From the NCBI GenBank assembly GCA_036004405.1, contig DASYRM010000113.1, positions 60,111 to 124,110 of the forward strand: a DNA stretch of 64,000 nucleotides, in the 5' to 3' direction. Under the pieces are notes generated by a model. The model had not been told where the DNA came from and did not search any database. It worked only from the letters and a program-made list of their open reading frames with translations. The stretch is from Vicinamibacterales bacterium (lineage in GTDB: Bacteria > Acidobacteriota > Vicinamibacteria > Vicinamibacterales > UBA2999). Positions 37,658 through 46,673 of the stretch are shown here, one piece after another (positions within the stretch are counted from its first letter, which is position 1; the number at the start of each line of letters is the position of its first letter). Position numbers and translations under genes: made by a program.

Positions 37658-39099
37658 TGGCGGCACGTCGTGGCGGGTCTTCCGCCTTCGCCAAGGCTAC
37701 GGCGGACAGGTCAGACGCGCCTCCGGACTACGACGTGGCGGTGCTGGGCGGCGGCAACGCGGCGCTGTGCGCAGCGCTGACGGCTCGGGAAGCCGGCTGC
37801 CGTGTGGTGATCGTCGAGCGGGCCCCGCGACACATGCGCGGCGGCAACAGCCGGCACACCCGCAACCTGCGCTGCGCGCACGGCGCGCCGACCGACGTGC
37901 TGACCGACGCGTACGAGGACGGCGAGTTTCTGTCCGACCTGCACCGCGTCAACGGCGGCGAGTCGGACGCGGGGTTGTCGCGTCTGCTCATCGAGCAGTC
38001 GCGCGACTGCGCCGGATGGATGGAGCGCCACGGGGTGCGGTTTCAGGCGGCGCTCCGGGGCACGCTGCACCTGTCGCGCACCAACGCGTTCTTCCTCGGC
38101 GGTGGGAAAGCGCTGATGAACGCCTACTACGCCGCGGCTGCGCGGCTGGGGATCGACGTGCTCTACGATGCCGACGTCGTGGCGCTCGAACTCGACGGCG
38201 GCAGGTTTCGCGCGGCGACCATCGTGGTGGACGGAGAGCATCGCGTCGTGCGCGCGCGCGCGGCGGTGGTGGCCACCGGCGGGTTCGAAGCGAACCTCGA
38301 ATGGCTCAAAGAGGCGTGGGGCGCCGCCGCCGAGCATTTCATCGTGCGCGGCACGCCGTACAACACCGGCGCGGTGCTGCGCCTGCTGCTCGACGCCGGC
38401 GCAGTACCGGTAGGCGACCCGCGCGGCTGCCATGCCATCGCCGTGGACGCCCGCGCGCCGCGCTTCGACGGCGGCATCGTGACGCGACTGGACTGCATCC
38501 CGCTCGGCATCGTCGTCAATCGCCATGGCGATCGGTTTGCGGACGAAGGGCAGGACCTGTGGCCGAAGCGATACGCGAGCTGGGGCGCTCTCGTCATGGC
38601 ACAACCGGACCAGGAGGCGTACTGCCTGGTGGATGCCAAGGCGATCGGCCGCTTCATGCCCTCGGTGTTTCCTCCATTTGCGGCGCCGTCGATTCGCGAG
38701 CTGGCGTCGGGGCTCGGGCTGGCGCCGGATCGCGTCGTCGCCGCCGTCGAGGCGTTCAACCACGCGGTTCAGCCGGGCACGTTCGATCTCGAGACGCTCG
38801 ACGGCTGCCGGACCGCAGGGCTGACGCCGCCGAAAAGCCACTGGGCGCAGCGGCTCGATACGCCGCCGTTCTGGGGCTACCCGCTGCGGCCCGGGATCAC
38901 CTTCACCTACCTCGGCGTGACCGTGGATCACGACGCCCGTGTCGTGATCGGTGGAGCGCCGTCGCAGAATCTCTTCGCCGCGGGCGAAGTGATGGCCGGC
39001 AACGTGCTGCGGCGCGGCTACCTCGCCGGCATCGGCATGACCATCGGCACCGTCTTCGGCCGGCTCGCCGGCCAGCGTGCGGCAGATGCAGCTCGATGA
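37654..39099 (+). CDS. tcuA: FAD-dependent tricarballylate dehydrogenase TcuA
   Basis: 481 aa from ATG at 37654 (overlaps tctA stop). [21 protein letters not shown]-binding fold. Succinate-DH/fumarate-reductase flavoprotein-like. Confidence 0.8.
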   Translation: MMAARRGGSSAFAKATADRSDAPPDYDVAVLGGGNAALCAALTAREAGCRVVIVERAPRHMRGGNSRHTRNLRCAHGAPTDVLTDAYEDGEFLSDLHRVNGGESDAGLSRLLIEQSRDCAGWMERHGVRFQAALRGTLHLSRTNAFFLGGGKALMNAYYAAAARLGIDVLYDADVVALELDGGRFRAATIVVDGEHRVVRARAAVVATGGFEANLEWLKEAWGAAAEHFIVRGTPYNTGAVLRLLLDAGAVPVGDPRGCHAIAVDARAPRFDGGIVTRLDCIPLGIVVNRHGDRFADEGQDLWPKRYASWGALVMAQPDQEAYCLVDAKAIGRFMPSVFPPFAAPSIRELASGLGLAPDRVVAAVEAFNHAVQPGTFDLETLDGCRTAGLTPPKSHWAQRLDTPPFWGYPLRPGITFTYLGVTVDHDARVVIGGAPSQNLFAAGEVMAGNVLRRGYLAGIGMTIGTVFGRLAGQRAADAAR

Positions 39100-40198
39100 G
39101 ACGGGCCGCCTGAAGGCGGCCCCTAGGCTGGAGAACGGGGCGCGCACCTTGACGGTGTGCAACGCCTGCCGCTACTGCGAGCAGTACTGCCCGGTGTTTC
39201 CCGCGATGGAAGCGCGTACGGCGTTCGCGCGCGTCGACCTGGCCTACCTCGCCAACCTCTGTCACAACTGCGGCGAGTGTCTATACGCGTGTCAGTACGC
39301 GCCGCCGCACGAGTTCGGCATCAACGTGCCGCGGACGCTGGCGGAGATCCGGCTGGCCTCGTATGAGGAATACGCGTGGCCGCGCCGGCTGGCGGCGGCC
39401 TTCCGCGGCCACTCGGTGCTCACGGCGGTGGCGCTCGTCATCGCCTTCAGCGTCGTGATGCTGCGCGTGGCGCGAGTGACGGGTTCGGCGGTGCCGGCGC
39501 CGGCGGACCCCGGCGACTTCTACGCCGTGGTGCCGCACGGCGTGATGGTGGCGCTGTTCGGCGGCGTGTTCGCGTTCGTGGTGTTCGCGATGGCCATCGG
39601 CGTCGCGCGGTTCGTTCGCGATGCGTCAGGCAGGCCTGAAAGCCTGCGGCCACGTACTGGTGCGACGTGGCGGGCGCTCCGCGACGCGATGACGCTGCGC
39701 CACCTTCATGGAAACGGGGCCGACTGCGTGTCGGGCGAGGAGGAGCGCCGGCCGTGGCGCCGCTGGTCGCATCACCTCGTGCTCTCGGGGTTCCTGCTGT
39801 GCTTCGCGTCGACGTCCGTGGCGGCGGTCTACCACACCGTGTTCGGGTGGCTCGCGCCGTACGCCTACACGAGCGCGCCGGTCGTGCTGGGCTCACTTGG
39901 GGGAGTCGCGTTGCTCGCCGGTTGCGCCGCGCTATGGGTCCTGCAGGCGCGGCGTGACCGCGCGCTGGGCGATCCGGCACAGAGCGGCCCCGACCAGTCG
40001 TTCATCGCGCTGCTCTTCGTCGTCAGCTTTACCGGCCTGGCGCTGCTCGTGCTTCGCGATTCGGCCGCGATGGGTCGTCTGCTGGCGCTGCATCTGGGCG
40101 CGGTCCTGGCCCTGTTCGTCACGCTGCCGTACGGCAAATTCGTCCACGGCCTGTATCGACTCGCCGCGCTGTGGGTGTACGAGCGCGGCCGTGCGTAG
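39077..40198 (+). CDS. tcuB: Tricarballylate utilization protein TcuB (4Fe-4S plus membrane domain)
   Basis: 373 aa as called. CNACRYCEQYCP and CHNCGECLYAC ferredoxin-like clusters, then 5-6 TM helices. True start probably TTG/GTG near 39145-39151, because 39100-39125 is a REP hairpin. Confidence 0.75.
   Translation: MRQMQLDETGRLKAAPRLENGARTLTVCNACRYCEQYCPVFPAMEARTAFARVDLAYLANLCHNCGECLYACQYAPPHEFGINVPRTLAEIRLASYEEYAWPRRLAAAFRGHSVLTAVALVIAFSVVMLRVARVTGSAVPAPADPGDFYAVVPHGVMVALFGGVFAFVVFAMAIGVARFVRDASGRPESLRPRTGATWRALRDAMTLRHLHGNGADCVSGEEERRPWRRWSHHLVLSGFLLCFASTSVAAVYHTVFGWLAPYAYTSAPVVLGSLGGVALLAGCAALWVLQARRDRALGDPAQSGPDQSFIALLFVVSFTGLALLVLRDSAAMGRLLALHLGAVLALFVTLPYGKFVHGLYRLAALWVYERGRA
39103..39122. 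repeat. REP-like hairpin GGGCCGCC-TGAA-GGCGGCCC at the tcuA/tcuB junction
   Basis: Perfect 8-bp inverted repeat directly after the tcuA TGA stop. Confidence 0.6.
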
Positions 40199-40255
40199 AG
40201 GCGGACCATCAGGTAGACGTACGTAGAGGCGGACCTTTAGGTCCGCCTGCTCTAG
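40195..40255. repeat. Direct repeat GTAGAGGCGGACC x2 ending in hairpin GAGGCGGACC-TTTA-GGTCCGCCTG after tcuB
   Basis: Overlaps the tcuB TAG stop. B-type REP family. Confidence 0.55.
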
Positions 40256-40265
40256 AATCACCTCC

Positions 40266-41312
40266 ATGACGCGCCTTCTCATCGGACTGACGATGGCTCT
40301 CCTCGTGGTCTCCGCGTCCTCGGTGCGCGCCGAGTGGGACCCGGCGCTGGCGGCCCGCTATCTCGACGCACGGCAGCAGGCGTGGTTCGACTGGAAGACC
40401 GCGCAGTCGTCCGACGGTCCGTGCGTGTCGTGTCATACCGGCATGACCTATCTGCTGGCGCGGCCAGTGCTGCGCCGGTCGCTGCACGAAGCCGGGCCCA
40501 CCACCTTTGAGACCGGCTACCTGAATCGCCTGCGGACAAAGATGAACAAGCCGGCGGAGGGCGCACTCGGCACGGTCGAGGCCGTGATGAGCGCGATGTT
40601 CTTGAGCCGCGACGACGCCCGCGCCACCATGAGCTCGCATTCGAAACAGGCGTTCGATCGTCTGTGGGAGCAGCAGGACAGCGGGGGTTCGAACAAGGGC
40701 GGGTGGCAATGGTACGAGGCCAACCTCGATCCGTGGGAGAACCACGAGTCCGGCTACTACGGCGCGTCTCTGGTCGCGCTGGCGCTCGGCCAGACGCCTG
40801 ACTCGTATCGGCAGGATGCCGCCGTTCGCGACCACGCGTCAGCGCTGACCGCCTATCTGACCAACCCCGTGGCCCCGCCGCGGCTGCACGATCGATTAGC
40901 GTTCCTGTGGGCGTCGGCCACGATGCCCGGGCTCTTGTCCGACGCCTCGCGTCCGACGCTCATCGCGGAGGTGTTCTCCAAGCAGGAGCCCGACGGCGGG
41001 TGGAGCCTGGCTGGTCTCGGGCCATGGATGGCGCACGCGGATCCGCCCCCGTCGACCGGCAGCCACGCGTACGCGACCGCGTTCACGGCCTTCGCGCTGC
41101 AGCGGGCCGGGGTGCGCGCCTCGAACCCCGGGCTCGCCAAAGCCATCGGCTGGCTGCGGTCGCGTCAGGATCCGGTCACCGGCGCCTGGCCCGCGGTGTC
41201 GATGAACAAGCGCTACCCGGACGGGTCGATGATGTCGCTGTTCATGCAGGACGCCGCCACGGCGTTCGCGTCCATCGTCCTCGTGGAGGCCGACGCGGCG
41301 CCGCGCCGTTAG
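40266..41312 (+). CDS. Secreted protein with a single CXXCH heme-binding motif and three QW (terpenoid-cyclase/prenyltransferase-like) repeats
   Basis: 348 aa. Signal peptide. GPCVSCHTG near the N-terminus. QxxxGxW motifs at WEQQDSGGSNKGGWQW, KQEPDGGWSL and SRQDPVTGAWP. 10-nt gap to the next gene. Confidence 0.55.
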   Translation: MTRLLIGLTMALLVVSASSVRAEWDPALAARYLDARQQAWFDWKTAQSSDGPCVSCHTGMTYLLARPVLRRSLHEAGPTTFETGYLNRLRTKMNKPAEGALGTVEAVMSAMFLSRDDARATMSSHSKQAFDRLWEQQDSGGSNKGGWQWYEANLDPWENHESGYYGASLVALALGQTPDSYRQDAAVRDHASALTAYLTNPVAPPRLHDRLAFLWASATMPGLLSDASRPTLIAEVFSKQEPDGGWSLAGLGPWMAHADPPPSTGSHAYATAFTAFALQRAGVRASNPGLAKAIGWLRSRQDPVTGAWPAVSMNKRYPDGSMMSLFMQDAATAFASIVLVEADAAPRR

Positions 41313-41322
41313 CCTCGGCGAG

Positions 41323-42657
41323 ATGCCCGGCCGAATCTTCATCTCCTACGCGTCTGAGGACGCGGCGGTTGCCGATCGCATCCGCACCGGGCTCGAGCAA
41401 GCGGGCGTCGCCTGCTGGATCGCGCCGCGCGACATCGAGCCCGGCACCAGCTTTCCCGCTGCCATTACCGCTGCCATCCGCGAGTGCACCGCACAGGTGC
41501 TGCTGCTCACGGCCGAAGGCAACGCGTCGCGTCACGTCCTGAGCGAGGTCGAGCTCGCCTTCAACGCCGGCAAGCCGATTCTCGCCGTCCTCGTCGGCAA
41601 GGTCACACCGTCCACCGACCTGCAGTACTTCATTTCCACCTCGCATTGGTTCGACGCGGAGGCCTCGTTCGACGACGACGATCTGGGGAAGCTGAAGGTC
41701 GATCTCGAGAAGCTGGTAGCGGGCGAGCGGTTGCGCGTCGAGCAGGCACGTCAGCGGTGGCGCACGTTGCGGGGCGCGCGCCCTGCGCTCATCGCCGCCG
41801 CCGTCGTCTTTGTGCTGGGCATCGGCGGCGCCTTCTACTTCACCTCGCGACGGGCGCCCACGGGTCCAGCATCGAGTGCGCCTCCGGGCGCCGCGCCGGA
41901 AGCGACGCCGCCACGGTCCGAGCCGGCGGCGCCTGCACCCACGCCGGCGCCGGCCGCGCCCGCGGCGACGCCGTCAGCCCCCTCGCCGCGCACGAAGGTC
42001 AACGCCGCCGACGGACAGACGTACCTGTGGATTCCGCCGGGGAGCTTCGCGATGGGCTGTTCGAGCGGCGACGGCGACTGCCAGCCCGACGAACTGCCGG
42101 TGCACACGGTGCGCATGCGCCGCGGCTTCTGGCTGGCGCGCACCGAGGTGACCAACGCGCAGTACGCGAAGCACGCGAAGACCGAGCGCGCGACCGGCGC
42201 GACCGACGCCGATCCGGCCGTCGGCATGGACCGCAGCGAGGCCAAGAAGTACTGCGCCGCCGTCGGCGGCCGGCTGCCCACCGAAGCGGAATGGGAGTAC
42301 GCAGCGCGGGCGGGCTCGCGCGAGCGCTACTACGACACGCTGTCGGACGTGGCCTGGTTCGAGAACAACGGCGGCGACAGGAGCCACCCGGTGGCGCAGA
42401 AGTCGCCGAACGCGTTCGGCCTCTACGACATGCTCGGCAACGTCTACGAGTGGGTGCTCGATCGCTATTACGACAAGTACGACGATACCGACGACGCCGT
42501 CGAGGAGCCGCTCGCGCCCAACGCCTCGGCCGTCGCGCGCGGCGGCGCCTGGCATTCGAGCGCGAAGGAGCTGCGCGTCAGCAACCGCTTCGGCGTGCCG
42601 ACCGACTACGCCGACGCGAACGTCGGCGTGCGGTGTGCGTTGAACGGATCGTCGTAG
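41323..42657 (+). CDS. TIR domain - TM helix - FGE-sulfatase (SUMF1/formylglycine-generating-enzyme-like) domain protein
   Basis: 444 aa. N-terminal TIR_2-like (RIFISYASEDAAVA...W..PRDIEPG...SEVELAFNAGKPILAV). One TM helix (ALIAAAVVFVLGIGGAFYF). Pro/Ala linker. C-terminal FGE-sulfatase fold (...LPTEAEWEYAARAG...GLYDMLGNVYEWV...RGGAW...VGVRCA). Confidence 0.75.
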   Translation: MPGRIFISYASEDAAVADRIRTGLEQAGVACWIAPRDIEPGTSFPAAITAAIRECTAQVLLLTAEGNASRHVLSEVELAFNAGKPILAVLVGKVTPSTDLQYFISTSHWFDAEASFDDDDLGKLKVDLEKLVAGERLRVEQARQRWRTLRGARPALIAAAVVFVLGIGGAFYFTSRRAPTGPASSAPPGAAPEATPPRSEPAAPAPTPAPAAPAATPSAPSPRTKVNAADGQTYLWIPPGSFAMGCSSGDGDCQPDELPVHTVRMRRGFWLARTEVTNAQYAKHAKTERATGATDADPAVGMDRSEAKKYCAAVGGRLPTEAEWEYAARAGSRERYYDTLSDVAWFENNGGDRSHPVAQKSPNAFGLYDMLGNVYEWVLDRYYDKYDDTDDAVEEPLAPNASAVARGGAWHSSAKELRVSNRFGVPTDYADANVGVRCALNGSS

Positions 42658-42698
42658 GGGCCGCCTTCAGGCGGCCCAGGGCCGGCTAAAGCCGGCCC
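42657..42698. repeat. Tandem REP hairpins GGGGCCGCC-TTCA-GGCGGCCC and GGGCCGGC-TAAA-GCCGGCCC between convergent genes
   Basis: Two perfect hairpins back to back, starting at the last base of the TAG stop of the TIR-FGE gene. Confidence 0.6.
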
Positions 42699-42704
42699 CC
42701 ACGT

Positions 42705-43883
42705 CTACCGGAAGAGCAGCGGCGCGAACTCCGAGAGATAGTCGCGCCAGTTGATCCAGGTGTGCCCGCCCTCGCTCTCCGTGTAGACCGGCGAGAAGCC
42801 GTACTCCTTGAACAGGTTCACCGTCGAGCGTGTGGTCTGCAGCAGGAAATCGTCCTTGCCGGTCGAGAACCACAGCAGCTTCAGCCCCTTCTTCGTCTTG
42901 TCGTCGGCGAGCGCCGCGGCGTTGCGCTTCTCCCACTCGCTCGACCCCTTCGACCACGCGGGCGGCGCGGCGCCGCGCCCCGGAGTCGCGAAGACGCCGA
43001 ACAGCCCCGAGCTGAAGACGCCCACGTAGCCAAACTTCGCGCCGTTGGCGGTGGCGATGTCGAGCGTCTGGCCGCCGCCCATCGAGAGCCCGGCGATGGC
43101 GGTGTTCTCGCGCCCTCCGGCCACGCGGTAGTGCTGTTCGACGTAGGGCACGATGCTGCCGAGGAAATCGCCCGAGAAGGCAGCGTTGGCATCCGCGCTC
43201 ACGACACCGGCCCCGGCCGGCCCGCGCGTGTGCCCGGCCGGCATCACCACGATCATGTCCTTGGCGGCCTTTTTCGCGATCAGGTTGTCGAGGATGAACC
43301 CGGCGCGCCCGGCGGTGGACCACGAGTGGTCGCTGTCGCCGGCGCCGTGCAGCAGGTAGAGCACCGGGTACTTCCGGCCGTTCGTCTCGTAGCCCGGCGG
43401 CGTGTAGACGTGCATCCGGCGGAACATGCCGAGCGAGTCGGAGTAGTACGTCACTTCGGCGACGGCGCCGCGCGGCACCGGCCTGGTGTCGAACAGGTCG
43501 GAGCCCGGCACGTACACGAGGCTCCACGCGTTGGTGTTGGCCTCGCTCGTGGCCGGGTTGCGCGGATCGAGCGTGGGCACGCCGTCCACGACGAAGGCAT
43601 AGCGATACGCGCCAGCCGGCACGGGGCCAAGCGTGACCTGCCATACGCCGCTCTCGGCCTTGGTCATCGGCGCACCGGCGCCGAAGGGCACGCCTGGGAC
43701 GTCGCTCGCGTCGAGCCGCACCGCTTCTGCCTTCGGCGCGTAGAGGCGTACGGTGATGCGGCGGTCGCCGGAGACTTCCGGCGAGACCACCACCGGGGCA
43801 GCGGGGCCGCCTGCGCGCGCCGGCTGCGCCGCGGCGGGGGTCGCGAGGGCCAGAAGCAGCACCGGCACTGTAATCGATTGCAT
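42705..43883 (-). CDS. Secreted esterase (alpha/beta hydrolase, enterochelin-esterase-like, with N-terminal Ig-like domain)
   Basis: 392 aa. Signal peptide. N-terminal beta-sandwich. Esterase-family region (YPVLYLLHGAGDSDHSW...GLSMGG). Confidence 0.75.
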   Translation of the reverse strand: MQSITVPVLLLALATPAAAQPARAGGPAAPVVVSPEVSGDRRITVRLYAPKAEAVRLDASDVPGVPFGAGAPMTKAESGVWQVTLGPVPAGAYRYAFVVDGVPTLDPRNPATSEANTNAWSLVYVPGSDLFDTRPVPRGAVAEVTYYSDSLGMFRRMHVYTPPGYETNGRKYPVLYLLHGAGDSDHSWSTAGRAGFILDNLIAKKAAKDMIVVMPAGHTRGPAGAGVVSADANAAFSGDFLGSIVPYVEQHYRVAGGRENTAIAGLSMGGGQTLDIATANGAKFGYVGVFSSGLFGVFATPGRGAAPPAWSKGSSEWEKRNAAALADDKTKKGLKLLWFSTGKDDFLLQTTRSTVNLFKEYGFSPVYTESEGGHTWINWRDYLSEFAPLLFR

Positions 43884-43893
43884 GGAGGCGATT

Positions 43894-46572
43894 CTACGGC
43901 AGTCGGCCCACCTCCAGATAGCGGGCGGTCAGCCGTGGGACCAGCCAGCGTGCCACCGTCCAGATGCCCAGTGCCGCCATCCACCGCGAGATCCACGAAC
44001 GCATGGCGCCAAGCGGGTCGGCCAGCTTCAGGGCCAGATCGGTGAACTTCGACTTGAGGATGAGCGGAACGACGAACGCGGCCAGCGTCACCACGATCCA
44101 GCCGACGGACACCTTGCGGTCCCAGGTCGCCCACAGCACTACGAGAACGGCCACAGCCACCAGCGCCACGAGGCCGACCAGCAGCCAGCGAACGGAATCG
44201 TCGAGCTTCATGATGCGGAGAAACTGCTCGGCGCCCGCTTCGAGGTGCCGCGTCAGATCGGGGTCCGCCTTGCCCAGGCGGGGAACGATCCTCGAGAAGC
44301 TCCAGTCCTTCTGTTCACGTTCAGCGGCAAGCGCCTGCACACCAGTCATCAGGCGTTTGATCTCGACGTTCATGGCCAGGTAGCCGCTCGCCATGAGCGC
44401 CGCGCATTCGATCTCGCTGAAGACATCCAGGTCGGTGCGCATGGCGGCGAGCAGCTTCTGGTGCGGCTTCCAGACCTGATACCCAGTGACCGGATTGTTG
44501 AGCGCCGAGGCCGGCAGCTGGTCGTTGGGGTTGCTGGGATCTTCGCAGTCGATCCAGTCCACCGGCGTCTCTTCGAGGTCCTGCGTGAGGTGCACGATCC
44601 CCAGCCCCGATAAGCGTCCGCTCTGGCGCGCCGCGCGCAGCCCGTCGTAGTTCTCCTGCCGCATCCGCTCCTGAAAGATGTCGAACGCGCGCAGCAGAGG
44701 CGAGACCCGCCCGGGTCCCGGCACTCGGGACAGCCCGAGCTGGCCGCACCCGTCGCTGAGGATCAGCACGTTGCAGTCTTCCTGCAGCAGCGCCAGCGAC
44801 CCCTGGTTGTCGTAGACGCCGCCGTCCACCAGGCGCACCTGGTAGTTCTTGTAGAGCTCCCTGAGCGCCAGCGGCGCGAAGAGGCCCGGCACGCACGCGC
44901 TGGCGGCGACCGCCTGCGAGAGCGTCACGGCCCGCGCCGTCACGCGCTCCCCGAGCTGATCGACGTAGTAGGCGCGTCGCAGCCGCGGGAGAGCGTCGGC
45001 GCCCTCGACGATCGAGAACGGCGATTCGCCCATCGACGTGGCGGTGAACTGCCACGAGTGCCCGGTGTTGAGCGCGGTGGCGTTCACGATCAGCGTCGGC
45101 ACCTTGGCATGGCGATGCAGGTTGTTGTAGCGGGGGTGGAAGTGCGCGGCGCCCATCGGCAGGATGGCGAGGTCCGCCATGTGGGGGTCTTCGTTCACGG
45201 TGGGCTTGTAGATGTTCTGGAACAGCGCTTCGGCGACGCTCCTGGCGTAGACGTCGTCGTCGTTGTTCAGAACGGCCCGGACGGCTCTGAGATTGGTCAG
45301 CAGACCGCTGCGAATGTTCGTCGCGACGCCGCGACAGAAGTCGCCGATCAGGCCGTCGACGAGCGCCACGTAGTCGGCGCGCTCGGGCGCACGGTTGCTT
45401 TCGAGCAGCTGCTTCACCCGCAGGTGATACGCCGCTCCGACGATCGATCCTCCCGACACCGTGGAAATCACCTGGACGTGGCGCAACACGTCCGACTCGG
45501 CTAGCCGAGCCAGCACGCCGAGGTGATAAAGCGATGCACGGAATCCGCCGCCCGACAGCGCGAGTCCGACTTTGCCGACGAGCACCGACCGCACGGCCGC
45601 CTCGCTTTCAGGTCCGTCGCCCAGCAGGGCCCCGACGACCCAGCGCGTCTCGGGCAGCGGCAGGTCGAGCGCGTCACCCAGACGAGCAAGCTGGCGAGCG
45701 GTGGTTTCGCGCTCCCACGGATCGGGCTGCTTCTGCGCCGCCTGCGCCAGCAGGACGGCGGCCTCGTAGAACGCCCGCTGTCCGAAATGAGCCTCGGCGC
45801 GTGTGACGAGCTCCCAGTAGCTCGTGCCGTTCACGACGTTGGTGATTCTGGTCCTGAGGCCGGCGGCCAGCGCCCGGAACGACATCCGGTTGGCCCGGTT
45901 CGTGGTCTGGTGTGCGAGCAGGTCGTAGACGAACGCCGCGTTGATGGCGGGATAGCCTTCTACCGTCGCCACGCCCTGTCCGGACGCGTCGTGCGCCGCG
46001 GGGCTCGCGAAGGCGTCGGCGCCGCGCTCCACCGGGGCGAGGTAATGACGCAGCGACTGTTCCAGGTTCTCGACGCGGCCGCTCCACTCCCAGCGCCGCT
46101 TCCAGATGCCGCCGGCGATGCCGAGCGTTTCGGCGCTCGACGTCTCAAGGCTGAGGCCGATCGTCTCCAGGATCTTGAGCGCCCAGTCGTGGCGCACCGA
46201 GGCGGCGATGTCGGGATCTTTCGAGGTGCTGAGGGCCCACTTCTCGACCAGCGTCACGCGGTCCGGACGTTTGGGGTAGGAATCGAGCTTCCGGACTCCC
46301 TCGTCGCTCACTCGACGCTTGAGCACGCGGCGGGCCTGTGAGAAGGCGTCGTCGGCCATACACGCTTTCCACACGCCGTCCACGTCGTCCTCGGCCATGG
46401 GGATCCCGGAGATGAACTGCTCGGCGAGTCTTCGTGACAGCGCGCGTGCCGTGGCCGGCTGCCCACCGTCTCTCAGGGCGGTCCGCCACTTGAGAACATG
46501 CTTGGGGTCGCGCTCGTGGCCGGCCAGAAACGCCTTGGCGTTGGTGAGGGCTTCATCGAGATCGGACGCCAT
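43894..46572 (-). CDS. Large patatin-like phospholipase with about 330-aa N-terminal domain of unknown function and C-terminal double TM anchor
   Basis: 892 aa. Patatin motifs GGGFRAS (oxyanion), GGS nucleophile segment (VSGGS) and DGG (DGGVYDN). Two C-terminal TM helices. 10-nt gap to the downstream esterase. Confidence 0.75.
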   Translation of the reverse strand: MASDLDEALTNAKAFLAGHERDPKHVLKWRTALRDGGQPATARALSRRLAEQFISGIPMAEDDVDGVWKACMADDAFSQARRVLKRRVSDEGVRKLDSYPKRPDRVTLVEKWALSTSKDPDIAASVRHDWALKILETIGLSLETSSAETLGIAGGIWKRRWEWSGRVENLEQSLRHYLAPVERGADAFASPAAHDASGQGVATVEGYPAINAAFVYDLLAHQTTNRANRMSFRALAAGLRTRITNVVNGTSYWELVTRAEAHFGQRAFYEAAVLLAQAAQKQPDPWERETTARQLARLGDALDLPLPETRWVVGALLGDGPESEAAVRSVLVGKVGLALSGGGFRASLYHLGVLARLAESDVLRHVQVISTVSGGSIVGAAYHLRVKQLLESNRAPERADYVALVDGLIGDFCRGVATNIRSGLLTNLRAVRAVLNNDDDVYARSVAEALFQNIYKPTVNEDPHMADLAILPMGAAHFHPRYNNLHRHAKVPTLIVNATALNTGHSWQFTATSMGESPFSIVEGADALPRLRRAYYVDQLGERVTARAVTLSQAVAASACVPGLFAPLALRELYKNYQVRLVDGGVYDNQGSLALLQEDCNVLILSDGCGQLGLSRVPGPGRVSPLLRAFDIFQERMRQENYDGLRAARQSGRLSGLGIVHLTQDLEETPVDWIDCEDPSNPNDQLPASALNNPVTGYQVWKPHQKLLAAMRTDLDVFSEIECAALMASGYLAMNVEIKRLMTGVQALAAEREQKDWSFSRIVPRLGKADPDLTRHLEAGAEQFLRIMKLDDSVRWLLVGLVALVAVAVLVVLWATWDRKVSVGWIVVTLAAFVVPLILKSKFTDLALKLADPLGAMRSWISRWMAALGIWTVARWLVPRLTARYLEVGRLP

Positions 46573-46673
46573 CGGTCGAATCCTCCGCGGTGCAGCCTAC
46601 AGCTTTCCATCCGCCGCGCGCACGCTGACCCAGCGTATGGCGTATGCTCTGCGCGTTCGGAGCTGGAGGGAGC

